From assembly GCA_002296185.1 (NCBI GenBank), contig DBHM01000027.1, positions 1 through 59,006 of the forward strand: a stretch of 59,006 nt of DNA, read 5' to 3'. The position numbers were made by a program, and so were the translations under genes. This stretch comes from Alphaproteobacteria bacterium UBA828 (GTDB taxonomy: Bacteria; Pseudomonadota; Alphaproteobacteria; UBA828). Below the pieces are notes generated by a model that saw only the letters and a program-made list of their open reading frames with translations, had not been told where the DNA came from and ran no database searches. This document shows, one piece after another, positions 1-9,056 of the stretch (positions are counted from its first letter, which is position 1; every line of letters starts with the position of its first letter).

Positions 1-1
1 T

Positions 2-910
2 GCAGATGTAGATGGTTCACACATCCGTACACTTCTTTTGACTTTTTTCTATCGTAATATGGAAAACTTAGTGAAAAGTGGACATCTCTATATTGCTCAG
101 CCACCTTTGTACAGAATTAAAAGAGGTAATGAAGAATTATATTTAAAGGATGATTTGGCTCTAGAAGACCACCTTATTTCTGAGGGATTAAAAGATAGCG
201 TAATTGAGTTAGCTTCAGGGGAGCAGCAAGCTGGAGATGATTTGAGGGAAACGGTAGAAAATGCAAGAAGTATTTCTAATCTAGTCAAAGCCCTTACAAG
301 GCGAGTGGATCAGCGGATTGTTGAGCAGGCAGCAATTGCCGGTGCATTAAGGGAAGAAATATTGAACAATAATGCACAGCCCGCTGCAGAATATATAGCT
401 ACGCGACTTAATGAAATTTCCCCCTCGCTTGAAAGAGTATGGCGTGGTGAGGCAGTCACCCTTGAAAATGGCCCTGGCTTCAAGTTTGAGCGGACTATGC
501 GTGGAGTTACAGAAATACACACTATTGATCAGGTGCTTATTAGAACTCCAGAGGCTCGAAGGCTAGATGAAATGAGTGCACATTTGCAGGAGGTTTATGC
601 AAGATTTGTAACTTTGAGAAGGAAGGAAACAGAAGTAATAATTAGATCTCCTTCTGAGCTTTTAGACGTGGTTTACTCTGCTGGGAGGAAAGGCCTGTCT
701 GTGCAGCGATATAAAGGGCTTGGCGAGATGAACCCCGATCAATTATGGGAGACAACACTGGATCCGGATGTCAGGACACTAATGCGTGTTGAGGTCAAGG
801 ATGCATCAGCGGCAAATAAACTTTTCGCAGAACTAATGGGAGAGTTGGTTGAACCAAGACGAGATTTTATTCAACAGAACGCTTTGCAGGTAGCAAATCT
901 GGATGTTTAA
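2..910 (+). CDS. gyrB: DNA gyrase subunit B, C-terminal part (5' truncated by window edge)
   Basis: Frame is open from base 2: [18 protein letters not shown] (TOPRIM DxD motif), [10 protein letters not shown], and C-terminal [18 protein letters not shown]...RRDFI; carries the long proteobacterial insertion. Confidence 0.98.
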   Translation, partial: ADVDGSHIRTLLLTFFYRNMENLVKSGHLYIAQPPLYRIKRGNEELYLKDDLALEDHLISEGLKDSVIELASGEQQAGDDLRETVENARSISNLVKALTRRVDQRIVEQAAIAGALREEILNNNAQPAAEYIATRLNEISPSLERVWRGEAVTLENGPGFKFERTMRGVTEIHTIDQVLIRTPEARRLDEMSAHLQEVYARFVTLRRKETEVIIRSPSELLDVVYSAGRKGLSVQRYKGLGEMNPDQLWETTLDPDVRTLMRVEVKDASAANKLFAELMGELVEPRRDFIQQNALQVANLDV

Positions 911-988
911 ATGTTATCAGTAAATGCCTAAGTCGGAAAATGACATTTGATTTATTATTAAAAATTTTTTTATGATAGTTTAAGTAAA

Positions 989-2314
989 TTATTTGTCCCA
1001 ATTATCAATAAGATGAATAAATGAGCCCATAATATTGCCAATACGACTACCGCTATTTCCTATATTGTTCCCTTTTGCATCAGAAATTGTAAATAGACTC
1101 TCAGAGTAATTTAGGTTCTGTATAGTGGCGTAGTGAAATTCATGTCCTTTATATATAGAGCCTAATTTTCCAAGGGGACTAGAGGCTGCCAGCTTGGCAT
1201 TGCGATATCCAAGTGTAAGTTTTTTTTCTTTTAGGCTGGTGTGAATAGGAAAAAGGTTAGCCATATCATAGGTATTTCCCGAATAATCCATAATAGATTT
1301 TCCCATAACCATGTAGCCTCCACACTCTCCATAAATAATTTTGTCATTTTCTGCAGCCTCACGAAGTCCACTTAAGAATTTGTGACTCTCAGAAAGTTGT
1401 TTGGCATGAAGTTCAGGATAGCCTCCAGGTAAATATATGGCACCAGTATTTACGTCTGGGGTTTCATCTGCGAGCGGGGAAAATAATGTCAAGTGAGATC
1501 CAGCGTTATGCCAGCTATCGAGAAGGTCAGGGTAGGTAAAAGTAAAGGCGTCATCAGAAGCTATAGCAATATTTGTACTTAATGGGGGTATAATTGGTTT
1601 TTCCAAAAAGGGACCCTCATCTGTTTTTACTTCACTTATAATCTTTAATATTTTTTCTATATCAACATACGAAATAATTATGTCAGCAATTCGGTTAATG
1701 GTATTCTCAAGGTCATCATACTCTCCAGCTTGGATTAGTCCCAAGTATCGAGACGGAAGATGAATTTCAGCACTTTCAGGAATAACCCCGAGAACGGCAA
1801 TCTCTGATTTATCTAAAGATTCTTTGAGTATAATCTCATGGCGCTTACTATTTACCCTATTAAGTATAACACCGCCAAGAACTACGTCAGACCTATATTT
1901 TGCAAATCCTTCAGCAAGGGCTGATACTGAAGAACCCATTCCCGAACAGTCTATAACTAGCAATACTGGCAAACCAAGCTTTGTCGAAATGTCTGCAGTT
2001 GAGGAACTGCCATTGATCGCACCGTCAAATAGACCCATTACGCCTTCAGTCAACAAAATGTCCACATTATTTACACTGCGATTAATAATATAATTCACGG
2101 TATTGGGATGCATAGCCCAAAGATCTATATTATGACATTGGTTTTTTGCTGCGGTGCTTAGAAATGCTGGATCAATATAATCAGGGCCTACTTTAGCTAC
2201 ACCAACATTTTTGCCGGCTCTTTGCCATGCCCTTGCTAGACCTAAGGTTATAACAGTTTTTCCACTTCCAGATCTAGGGGCGGAAATTACTATACCTTTA
2301 GCGTAACTAGAGAT
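989..2314 (-). CDS. cobB: Cobyrinate/hydrogenobyrinate a,c-diamide synthase
   Basis: The frame continues upstream of the track start (2113) to give GIVISAPRSGSGKT (P-loop) and KVGPDYIDP; also EGVMGLFDG, HLPSRYLGL and the glutaminase motifs GECGG and HEFHY. No ATG/GTG/TTG precedes the P-loop, so the start is placed at ATC 2314 (see findings). Confidence 0.93.
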   Translation of the reverse strand: MSSYAKGIVISAPRSGSGKTVITLGLARAWQRAGKNVGVAKVGPDYIDPAFLSTAAKNQCHNIDLWAMHPNTVNYIINRSVNNVDILLTEGVMGLFDGAINGSSSTADISTKLGLPVLLVIDCSGMGSSVSALAEGFAKYRSDVVLGGVILNRVNSKRHEIILKESLDKSEIAVLGVIPESAEIHLPSRYLGLIQAGEYDDLENTINRIADIIISYVDIEKILKIISEVKTDEGPFLEKPIIPPLSTNIAIASDDAFTFTYPDLLDSWHNAGSHLTLFSPLADETPDVNTGAIYLPGGYPELHAKQLSESHKFLSGLREAAENDKIIYGECGGYMVMGKSIMDYSGNTYDMANLFPIHTSLKEKKLTLGYRNAKLAASSPLGKLGSIYKGHEFHYATIQNLNYSESLFTISDAKGNNIGNSGSRIGNIMGSFIHLIDNWDK

Positions 2315-2951
2315 GTTTTCTCACTTCCTCAGCAATTTCTACGGGTTCTTGGCCGCGACTAAAGTGCCGAACATATTCATCTTCAGGGCTAATAAGATAG
2401 ATGTATACTGAATGATCCATAATATAATCATCATCTATAGAAGAGTCTTCTGCTTCCGGATTATTTACTCTTCTATAATAGACTCTGTATTCTTTTGCTG
2501 CTGCTTCTATTTGTCTTTGAGTGCCTGTAAGTCCAATGATATCTGGATGGAAAATAGATAAATATGATGCAAGTTGTTCTGGGGTATCACGAGCGGGATC
2601 TATAGTTATAAAGAGAGTAGCAAGCTTACTTTTTTCTACATCCAATATTTCAAGCACTTTACTTATAACAAGAAGTTCTGTGGGGCAAATATCTGGACAC
2701 CAACTATAACCAAAGAATACTAATTTATGTCTATTAGAGAAGTTTTTCTCCGTTACAGTTTTTCCATTATGGTCAATAAGAGAAAATGGTCCCCCAATAT
2801 TCGCTCCGGCCGCACTTGAGGTTAGTTCTAATCTATCACCTATTTTGTTAATATCACCAAATAAAGAACCTTCGAACCACGCGTAAAACATCAATAAGCC
2901 AAGTATAATTGTCCATATTGTGGTTTTCTTTGTAAAGGTTGGGAGCTTCAT
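2307..2951 (-). CDS. SCO1/SenC family copper chaperone/thiol protein
   Basis: N-terminal TM anchor, GGPFSLIDHNG, FFGYSWCPDICP (CxxxC), DPARDT, MDHS (conserved His). Confidence 0.93.
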   Translation of the reverse strand: MKLPTFTKKTTIWTIILGLLMFYAWFEGSLFGDINKIGDRLELTSSAAGANIGGPFSLIDHNGKTVTEKNFSNRHKLVFFGYSWCPDICPTELLVISKVLEILDVEKSKLATLFITIDPARDTPEQLASYLSIFHPDIIGLTGTQRQIEAAAKEYRVYYRRVNNPEAEDSSIDDDYIMDHSVYIYLISPEDEYVRHFSRGQEPVEIAEEVRKHL

Positions 2952-3009
2952 ATAAATTCACCTAGAATTAAAAATAATTTTATTTATCAATAATATTCAA
3001 TATTTAAGC

Positions 3010-3861
3010 TTACGCTATTTTATCAAATTTTTTAGCAAGTTTATGCGCTGCTTCCCGTCTTTTTTCAGGTGATACATCAGGATCAAGAACCTTCCGTAAT
3101 TCAACAACATTACCAATAACTAGGATAGCTGGAGGCTCAATTTCTTCCTTTATAGCTACCTTGGCTAGTTTACCAAGAGGTGCTTCTATTACTTGTTGAT
3201 TAGCTAAAGTGCCGTTAGCTACTATAGCAGAGGGTGTGGAGGCTGAAAGTCCATTTTCAATTAGTTTTTTTGCTACATTTTCTAAATGAGCAAGCGCCAT
3301 ATAAAAAATTAAAGTTGGAGCCCCTGCTGCTATTGCTTTCCAGTCGAGGCTATCAGGTATATTGCCTCCAGCACCATGGCCTGTTAAAAAAGTTACACCA
3401 TGTCCAGTAGTGCGATGTGTTACGGGTATGCCTGAGGCAGCAAGCCCTCCTACACTCGCAGTTATTCCAGGTACTAATCTAAATGGTATATTTTCTGCTG
3501 CTAACGCCAAGGCCTCCTCACCTCCGCGGCCGAACATAAATGGATCTCCACCTTTTAGACGTAAAACACGTTTCCCAGATTTTGAGCATTCAATTAGACG
3601 CTGAATAATGTCACGTTGCTTAAAAGAGGGTTTCCCTCCTCTTTTACCGGCATATTCCAAAACTACTCCTGCTGGCACTAATTGAAGTATATTTTTACTT
3701 ACCAAGGCATCATAAATTACTATATCTGCTTGATGTAAGGATCTATACGCACGGAGAGTTAGTAGCCCTGGGTCACCTGGGCCGGCCCCTACTAGCCATA
3801 CAGAGCCAGTTTCAAAACTGGGGTTATCAATTTCTGATATATCGATGATACTACGTTTCAT
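3010..3861 (-). CDS. cobA: Uroporphyrinogen-III C-methyltransferase (SUMT)
   Basis: VWLVGAGPGDPGLLTL, YDALV, RLKGGDPFMFGRGGEE, PGITA; no dehydrogenase/chelatase domain. Confidence 0.95.
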   Translation of the reverse strand: MKRSIIDISEIDNPSFETGSVWLVGAGPGDPGLLTLRAYRSLHQADIVIYDALVSKNILQLVPAGVVLEYAGKRGGKPSFKQRDIIQRLIECSKSGKRVLRLKGGDPFMFGRGGEEALALAAENIPFRLVPGITASVGGLAASGIPVTHRTTGHGVTFLTGHGAGGNIPDSLDWKAIAAGAPTLIFYMALAHLENVAKKLIENGLSASTPSAIVANGTLANQQVIEAPLGKLAKVAIKEEIEPPAILVIGNVVELRKVLDPDVSPEKRREAAHKLAKKFDKIA

Positions 3862-3872
3862 GATGATCCAAT

Positions 3873-3888
3873 GCTATCCTGAGATAGC
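3873..3888. promoter_or_regulatory. Inverted repeat GCTATC-N4-GATAGC in the cobA/cbiD divergent spacer; possible operator
   Basis: Perfect 6-bp arms read directly from the 52-bp spacer; function not shown. Confidence 0.25.
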
Positions 3889-3913
3889 TCTTTGGGCTAT
3901 ATAAACTTTACTT

Positions 3914-5059
3914 ATGATGATAAACGACCAAGAATCAATATTTGGCCATGGAGAGGGCCTGAGGGGTCCAGATTCTGCGAATTTGCGCAGAGGATGGACA
4001 ACGGGTGCCTGTGCTGCGGCAGCTGCCAAGGCGGCTACAGAGGGCCTATTGGGGGTGATTTTTCCTGATCCAATTACTATAGATCTTCCTAGGGGTATAA
4101 GGCAGCCTTTTAATATTACTGCATTTGAGTTTGGTCACAAGTGGGCTAGGGCAAGTGTAAGAAAAGATGCTGGCGACGATCCGGATGTAACACATGGAGC
4201 TTTAATTGTTTGTGAAGTACGTATTACTGAGCCTGGGTCAGGAATCAGATTTATAGCTGGTTCAGGTGTTGGCACAGTGACACGACCAGGTCTCCCTATT
4301 TCTGTTGGAGAGCCTGCTATAAGTCCAGGACCAAGAAAATACATAAAGGAGGCTATCGAAAGCGTTACTGAAAGGGAAAATAAACCATGCAATTTTGATA
4401 TTATCATATCAGTGCCGGGCGGAGAAAAACTTGCTCAAAAGACTCTAAATGAGAGGCTTGGGATTAAGGGTGGAATTTCAATTCTTGGTACGACGGGAGT
4501 GGTTATTCCATATTCCTGCGGTGCATGGATAGCATCGATACACAGAGGGGTTGATGTCGCTCGTGCTGCAGGGCTAACACACATTGCAGCAGCTACAGGA
4601 AGAACATCAGAAACAGGTGTAAAAGACTTACATCAATTATCTGACCAAGCAATTATAGATATGGGTGATTTTGCAGGTGGATTTTTAAAATATCTTTCAA
4701 AGAATCCGTTGCCTCGGGTAACAATAGCTGGGGGGTTTGCAAAAATAGCTAAGCTAGCAAGAGGGCACTTAGATCTTCACTCTAAAAGAAGTCAGATAGA
4801 TATAGAATACCTAGTTACTAGCCTGTCCACCTTAGGTGCTAGTGATGAAATAATAAATGAAGCTAAAATGTCTAGTAGTGGAGCTGAAATATTATTGATT
4901 GCCCAAAAAGCTAAACTACCCCTAGCAAATCTTGTTGCTGTTGACAGTTGTAAGGTCGTGATTCAAACGCTCTCATCTGGCGATCATGCAAGTGGCATCT
5001 CTGTTGATGTGGTTATTTTTGATAGAAACGGTGTTTTGGTTGGACATGCAAATGGATAA
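3914..5059 (+). CDS. cbiD: Cobalt-precorrin-5B C1-methyltransferase
   Basis: LRRGWTTGACAAAAAKAA, KDAGDDPDVTHG, GVGTVTRPGL, LGIKGGISILGTTG. Confidence 0.96.
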   Translation: MMINDQESIFGHGEGLRGPDSANLRRGWTTGACAAAAAKAATEGLLGVIFPDPITIDLPRGIRQPFNITAFEFGHKWARASVRKDAGDDPDVTHGALIVCEVRITEPGSGIRFIAGSGVGTVTRPGLPISVGEPAISPGPRKYIKEAIESVTERENKPCNFDIIISVPGGEKLAQKTLNERLGIKGGISILGTTGVVIPYSCGAWIASIHRGVDVARAAGLTHIAAATGRTSETGVKDLHQLSDQAIIDMGDFAGGFLKYLSKNPLPRVTIAGGFAKIAKLARGHLDLHSKRSQIDIEYLVTSLSTLGASDEIINEAKMSSSGAEILLIAQKAKLPLANLVAVDSCKVVIQTLSSGDHASGISVDVVIFDRNGVLVGHANG

Positions 5060-5813
5060 GGGGCCTATACTAATTCTCGGTGGAACTCACGAAGCGAGAA
5101 AATTAGCAGAGCATCTGACAAAAGAATTGGGTAATAATTCAGTAATAAGCTCTCTTTCTGGTGCTACAGAAAAACCAAAAAGTTTACCTGGGAAATCACG
5201 CATAGGTGGTTTCGGAGGGGCTGAAAAATTTGGAGAATTTCTGCTAGATAATCGAGTTATAGCAGTAATAGACGCAACTCATCCTTTTGCTGAACGTATA
5301 TCTGTCAACGCTATAACTGCTTGTAGAAAAGTTAATATACCATTGATCAGCCTACAAAGAAAACCATGGCAGAAACATAAAAATGACAATTGGATAGTGG
5401 TGCGTGATTTACCTGCTGCTGTCGATTTAGCGCCGAATTTTGGACTAAGAGTATTCCTGAGTTTAGGACCAAGAGCCATTTCATATTTTTCCAGGCATAC
5501 CGATTTGTGGTTTCTTGTGAGGGTGATTGATGCACCGGAAGAGCCTATAAAACTAAAAAATTATAAACTAGTTTTAGGGCGTGGCCCTTTTAATTTAGAA
5601 GATGAGTTAAATCTATTAAAAAGAAACAATATAGATTTGCTAATTACTCGAAATAGTGGGGGCGAAGCTTCATATGCTAAGATCTTAGCCGCTAGGAAAC
5701 TAAGTCTTCCAGTGGTTATCATCAAACAACCAATAAACATAAATCTTCATGTGGCTAATAGTTTAGATGATACACTTAATTTAATATCATCTCAGTTAGG
5801 CCGAAAAATATGA
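5052..5813 (+). CDS. cobK: Precorrin-6A/cobalt-precorrin-6A reductase
   Basis: ILILGGTHEAR, RIGGFGG, IDATHPFA, RGPF, TRNSGG; start moved to ATG 5052, an 8-nt overlap with the cbiD stop. Confidence 0.94.
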   Translation: MDKGPILILGGTHEARKLAEHLTKELGNNSVISSLSGATEKPKSLPGKSRIGGFGGAEKFGEFLLDNRVIAVIDATHPFAERISVNAITACRKVNIPLISLQRKPWQKHKNDNWIVVRDLPAAVDLAPNFGLRVFLSLGPRAISYFSRHTDLWFLVRVIDAPEEPIKLKNYKLVLGRGPFNLEDELNLLKRNNIDLLITRNSGGEASYAKILAARKLSLPVVIIKQPININLHVANSLDDTLNLISSQLGRKI

Positions 5814-6547
5814 GTATGATCCTTGCTATATAGCAAGCTATCAATTGATTGGTCGCTATTTAATGATTTACTTATAATTATTAGTGCCGTTCGAGTGATT
5901 CCTGCTGATTTCACTTTACCCTTGATGTCTTGGAGAGTGCCATAAATAATTTTTTCGTCAGGCCATGATATACGGTAGCCAATGATGATAGGGCAATCAG
6001 CTCCATAATAAGGGATCAGTGTTTTTACAACTTTTGCGAGGTTATTAATAGAAAGATGAATTGCTAGTGCTGCTCCAGTCGAAGCGAGGTTGCTTAATTC
6101 TTCTCCTGGAGGCATCTTTGAAGCGCGAACAGCTGTCCGGGTTAGTATAATCGTTTGAGTCAAACTGGGTGAAGTTAGCTCTTTTTTCATGGCCGCAGCA
6201 GCTGCGGCAAATGCTGGTACGCCAGGAGTTATATCGTAATCGATATCCAGTTTTTTGAGTCGATAAATTTGTTCATTAACTGCTCCGTATAGGGAAGTAT
6301 CACCTGAGTGGAGTCGCACAATAATATCTCCACTTGCATGATATTTTATAATTACTTCTATTATTTCATCTAAAGTCATCGTGGCTGTATTTATAACAGT
6401 ATGAGCGTTTTTAGCTTGTTTTACTAAGTCTTCAGGTACTAGTGATCCTGCGTACAAAACGACTTGGGCTTTTTTTAAAAGATTGAGCCCTCTCACAGTG
6501 ATTAAGTCTGGTGCTCCGGGCCCGGCGCCAATAAAATGAACTGTCAT
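5792..6547 (-). CDS. cobM: Precorrin-4 C11-methyltransferase
   Basis: VHFIGAGPGAPDLITVRG, YAGSLV, RLHSGDTSLYGA, PGVPAF; 3' end overlaps cobK convergently by 22 nt. Confidence 0.96.
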   Translation of the reverse strand: MTVHFIGAGPGAPDLITVRGLNLLKKAQVVLYAGSLVPEDLVKQAKNAHTVINTATMTLDEIIEVIIKYHASGDIIVRLHSGDTSLYGAVNEQIYRLKKLDIDYDITPGVPAFAAAAAAMKKELTSPSLTQTIILTRTAVRASKMPPGEELSNLASTGAALAIHLSINNLAKVVKTLIPYYGADCPIIIGYRISWPDEKIIYGTLQDIKGKVKSAGITRTALIIISKSLNSDQSIDSLLYSKDHTHIFRPN

Positions 6548-8355
6548 TGACTGCTCACATTTTTTTGATGATATCCACGTGGAGTATAAATGTATGATCT
6601 CCCCGCATTACGCGCATTACGTGTTTCATGGTTACCAATTATTAAAATGGTAAGCATATCTATTAGGTCTTCATTTAGATCTCTAAGTTTGAGCATTTTA
6701 ACATTTTCATTTCTCCGCCCCAAGCAGCGCGCAACAATCACCGGGCATTCTGGTCCTCTATTATTTTTAATAATATGTAGAGCTTTTTTGAGTGGTTGCC
6801 TCCTATTTTTTCCTGCGGGGTTATAGAGTGCAATGACAAACCCAGACTCAATAGCAGCAGAAACTCTTTTTTCAATTATTTTTAAGGGTGTTAAAAGGTC
6901 AGATAATGAAATCGCGCAAAAGTCATGTCCAAGTGGAGCCCCTGCACGAGCAGATGCTGCTTGCATGGCGCTTATGCCTGGTTCGACGACTACATCAACG
7001 AATCTCCATTCAGAGTCTTCAATCTGTTCAAGAAGTTCAAAAACTAGACTTGCCATTCCATAAATACCAGCATCACCAGAGCATATTAGAGCAGTATCTT
7101 CACCTTTTGCGGCTAAGTTTAGAGCCATACTAGCTCTCTTAGTTTCATCTCCGATGGTAAAAGAGTGCTTAAGACAATTGATGTTTAGATGCTCAATAAG
7201 TTCTAAATATCCAACATACCCTACATGGTGTTGGCTTTCATTGAGTGCTTTGAGAACCGCAGGTGTCATCCAGCTTTTCTGACCTGGCCCAAGCCCTACT
7301 ATGGTAAGTCGGCCAATTCTTCGTCCAACCTCTTCTATATTTATACTATTTTTTGACTGCGCTATAGAGCACGTTACACCTTTTGCGCTCTGTTTTGGCG
7401 CAATGAGGGAAGATTCTGATCCCGCTGCACACAGGGCAGCTCCTTCTGCAACCCCGTAACAGCCAACAGCTTCAAATACGGTATTTGAGGGATTTATTAA
7501 TCGTAAACGTTGTTCATTTAATTGATGAACATCAAAAAATATAAGAGGTACCTCAAGGTGCGAAGATAGGTCGCGAATTGCAACTTCATCTGCTTTTAAG
7601 TCTATTGATGTTATACATGCAATCGAGGATGGAGATATTTTATTATCCTTTATCATTTTCTCAGCAAGATTAATTAATTCTTTTGATTTTACTTCTCTTT
7701 CGCAACCTACGCCTATTGCAATTGTTTTTGGTATTAGCACTACATCACCACAAGCATCGGATTTATCACTAAGAGTTATAGAAAGTTTGGCGTCTTCATT
7801 CCATTTATATTGATCTTTTATCCACGAGCAGTCTCCGGATTCAACTTGAAGGCGTACTGGCTTATCGTTTAAAATTGCGTTTGTAACTTCCTTAACCTTA
7901 CTTTTATGGTTGATTTCCCACCCTGGTGGAGGATCATCAAAGGCAGTATCAATTAATGTTTCGCTTGCTGTGGTGTTCACTAGAGACGCTTGTAACTTTA
8001 AAGCAATATCCTTTCCGATTTTATTTCCCCCTCTGTGGCCCCCTAGTATGGGTATAACAAAAGATCCATCAGTCGATATGGCTATTACTGGTGGTTCTTC
8101 TAGCTTATTAGATATAATTGGTGCCAAGGCTCGAATGAGAATACCACTAGAGCATATCCCTATAATTGGTCTTCCTGCCAAAAAAAGTGACTGAAGAAGA
8201 GGTGAGATATTTTCAAAAGCACTGTCTTTATTTCCGGCTATATTTTTAGGTGCGTATATCTCACAAGGGAAGCATGCTGCACTCAAAGTTTTTGCGATAT
8301 TAGCACTATAGGTATTAAGTGTAATGACTGCCGCGAGATTGTTTCGAGTATTCAT
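6544..8355 (-). CDS. cobJ: CbiG (cobalt-precorrin-5A hydrolase)/CobE domains fused to precorrin-3B C17-methyltransferase
   Basis: N-half: GILIRALAP, EPPVIAI, GGHRGGN, TTASE, GVGC, GVAEGAAL (CbiG). C-half: VGLGPG, SGDAGIYGMA, PGISAMQAASARAGAPLGHDFCAISLSDLLTP, ALYNP, YTPRGY (CobJ/CbiH). Confidence 0.92.
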   Translation of the reverse strand: MNTRNNLAAVITLNTYSANIAKTLSAACFPCEIYAPKNIAGNKDSAFENISPLLQSLFLAGRPIIGICSSGILIRALAPIISNKLEEPPVIAISTDGSFVIPILGGHRGGNKIGKDIALKLQASLVNTTASETLIDTAFDDPPPGWEINHKSKVKEVTNAILNDKPVRLQVESGDCSWIKDQYKWNEDAKLSITLSDKSDACGDVVLIPKTIAIGVGCEREVKSKELINLAEKMIKDNKISPSSIACITSIDLKADEVAIRDLSSHLEVPLIFFDVHQLNEQRLRLINPSNTVFEAVGCYGVAEGAALCAAGSESSLIAPKQSAKGVTCSIAQSKNSINIEEVGRRIGRLTIVGLGPGQKSWMTPAVLKALNESQHHVGYVGYLELIEHLNINCLKHSFTIGDETKRASMALNLAAKGEDTALICSGDAGIYGMASLVFELLEQIEDSEWRFVDVVVEPGISAMQAASARAGAPLGHDFCAISLSDLLTPLKIIEKRVSAAIESGFVIALYNPAGKNRRQPLKKALHIIKNNRGPECPVIVARCLGRRNENVKMLKLRDLNEDLIDMLTILIIGNHETRNARNAGRSYIYTPRGYHQKNVSSQ

Positions 8356-9056
8356 TTCCAGGCATCTCCTCTTCGGTGTGCCATAATTATTGAGAAATAT
8401 GGAACTGGAGCGGATATTTCAGAAAGTGGAACTATTCTCTCTTCCTTAAGCCCTGCGCGTTCAATGTATTGTGCATTGTCCATAAGACCTGATTTTTTTA
8501 GTGCTGAAAGTATTTTTTTTATGTGACGTCCAATTTTGACAACAACAACTCCTTCTGCTACCTCCATTTTTTTTATTATTTGTTCTTCGGGTAGTGTCCC
8601 TGGAATAATAACCAAGCAATCATTTTTTGTTACTAGTGGTTTTCCAAGAATTGCTGCACAAGCCATTGGAGAGGATACTCCGGGGACTACAACTACTTTT
8701 TCCGTCTTTATTAATCGTTCAAAAAGATAAATGAAAGAGCCATATAGAAAAGGATCTCCTTCGCAAATTGCCGCAATATCAGAACCGGAATCAAGTAATT
8801 TAGAAATCTTAGTTGTAGCTTCACCATAAACCTCGTCAGAAGGAAACTGAGAGTTTTCGAGCGGCATTTTGATAGCAATTTCTGTGTATTTTTTATCCAA
8901 ATGGGGATCTATAATTTTTCGTGCAAGAGAGTCCCCGTCTAGTGGAGCGGGATAAACTAGAATATCTACAGATTTAAGAATTTTAAGTGCTTTGACGGTT
9001 ATTAGGTCGGAATCCCCGGGTCCAATTCCTAATCCGTATAGGGTTCCCTTAGTCAC
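8352..9056 (-). CDS. cobI: Precorrin-2 C20-methyltransferase
   Basis: GTLYGLGIGPGDSDLITVKA, EGDPFLYGSF, PGVSS, VPYFS. Confidence 0.95.
   Translation of the reverse strand: MTKGTLYGLGIGPGDSDLITVKALKILKSVDILVYPAPLDGDSLARKIIDPHLDKKYTEIAIKMPLENSQFPSDEVYGEATTKISKLLDSGSDIAAICEGDPFLYGSFIYLFERLIKTEKVVVVPGVSSPMACAAILGKPLVTKNDCLVIIPGTLPEEQIIKKMEVAEGVVVVKIGRHIKKILSALKKSGLMDNAQYIERAGLKEERIVPLSEISAPVPYFSIIMAHRRGDAWK

Noticed and set aside
4986-5051. Longer ORF-track starts for cobK, and likewise metW (37649), dsbB (56985) and the ABC permease (25293)
   Set aside because: Extensions run inside the upstream gene and lack family similarity; downstream coupled ATGs fit better.
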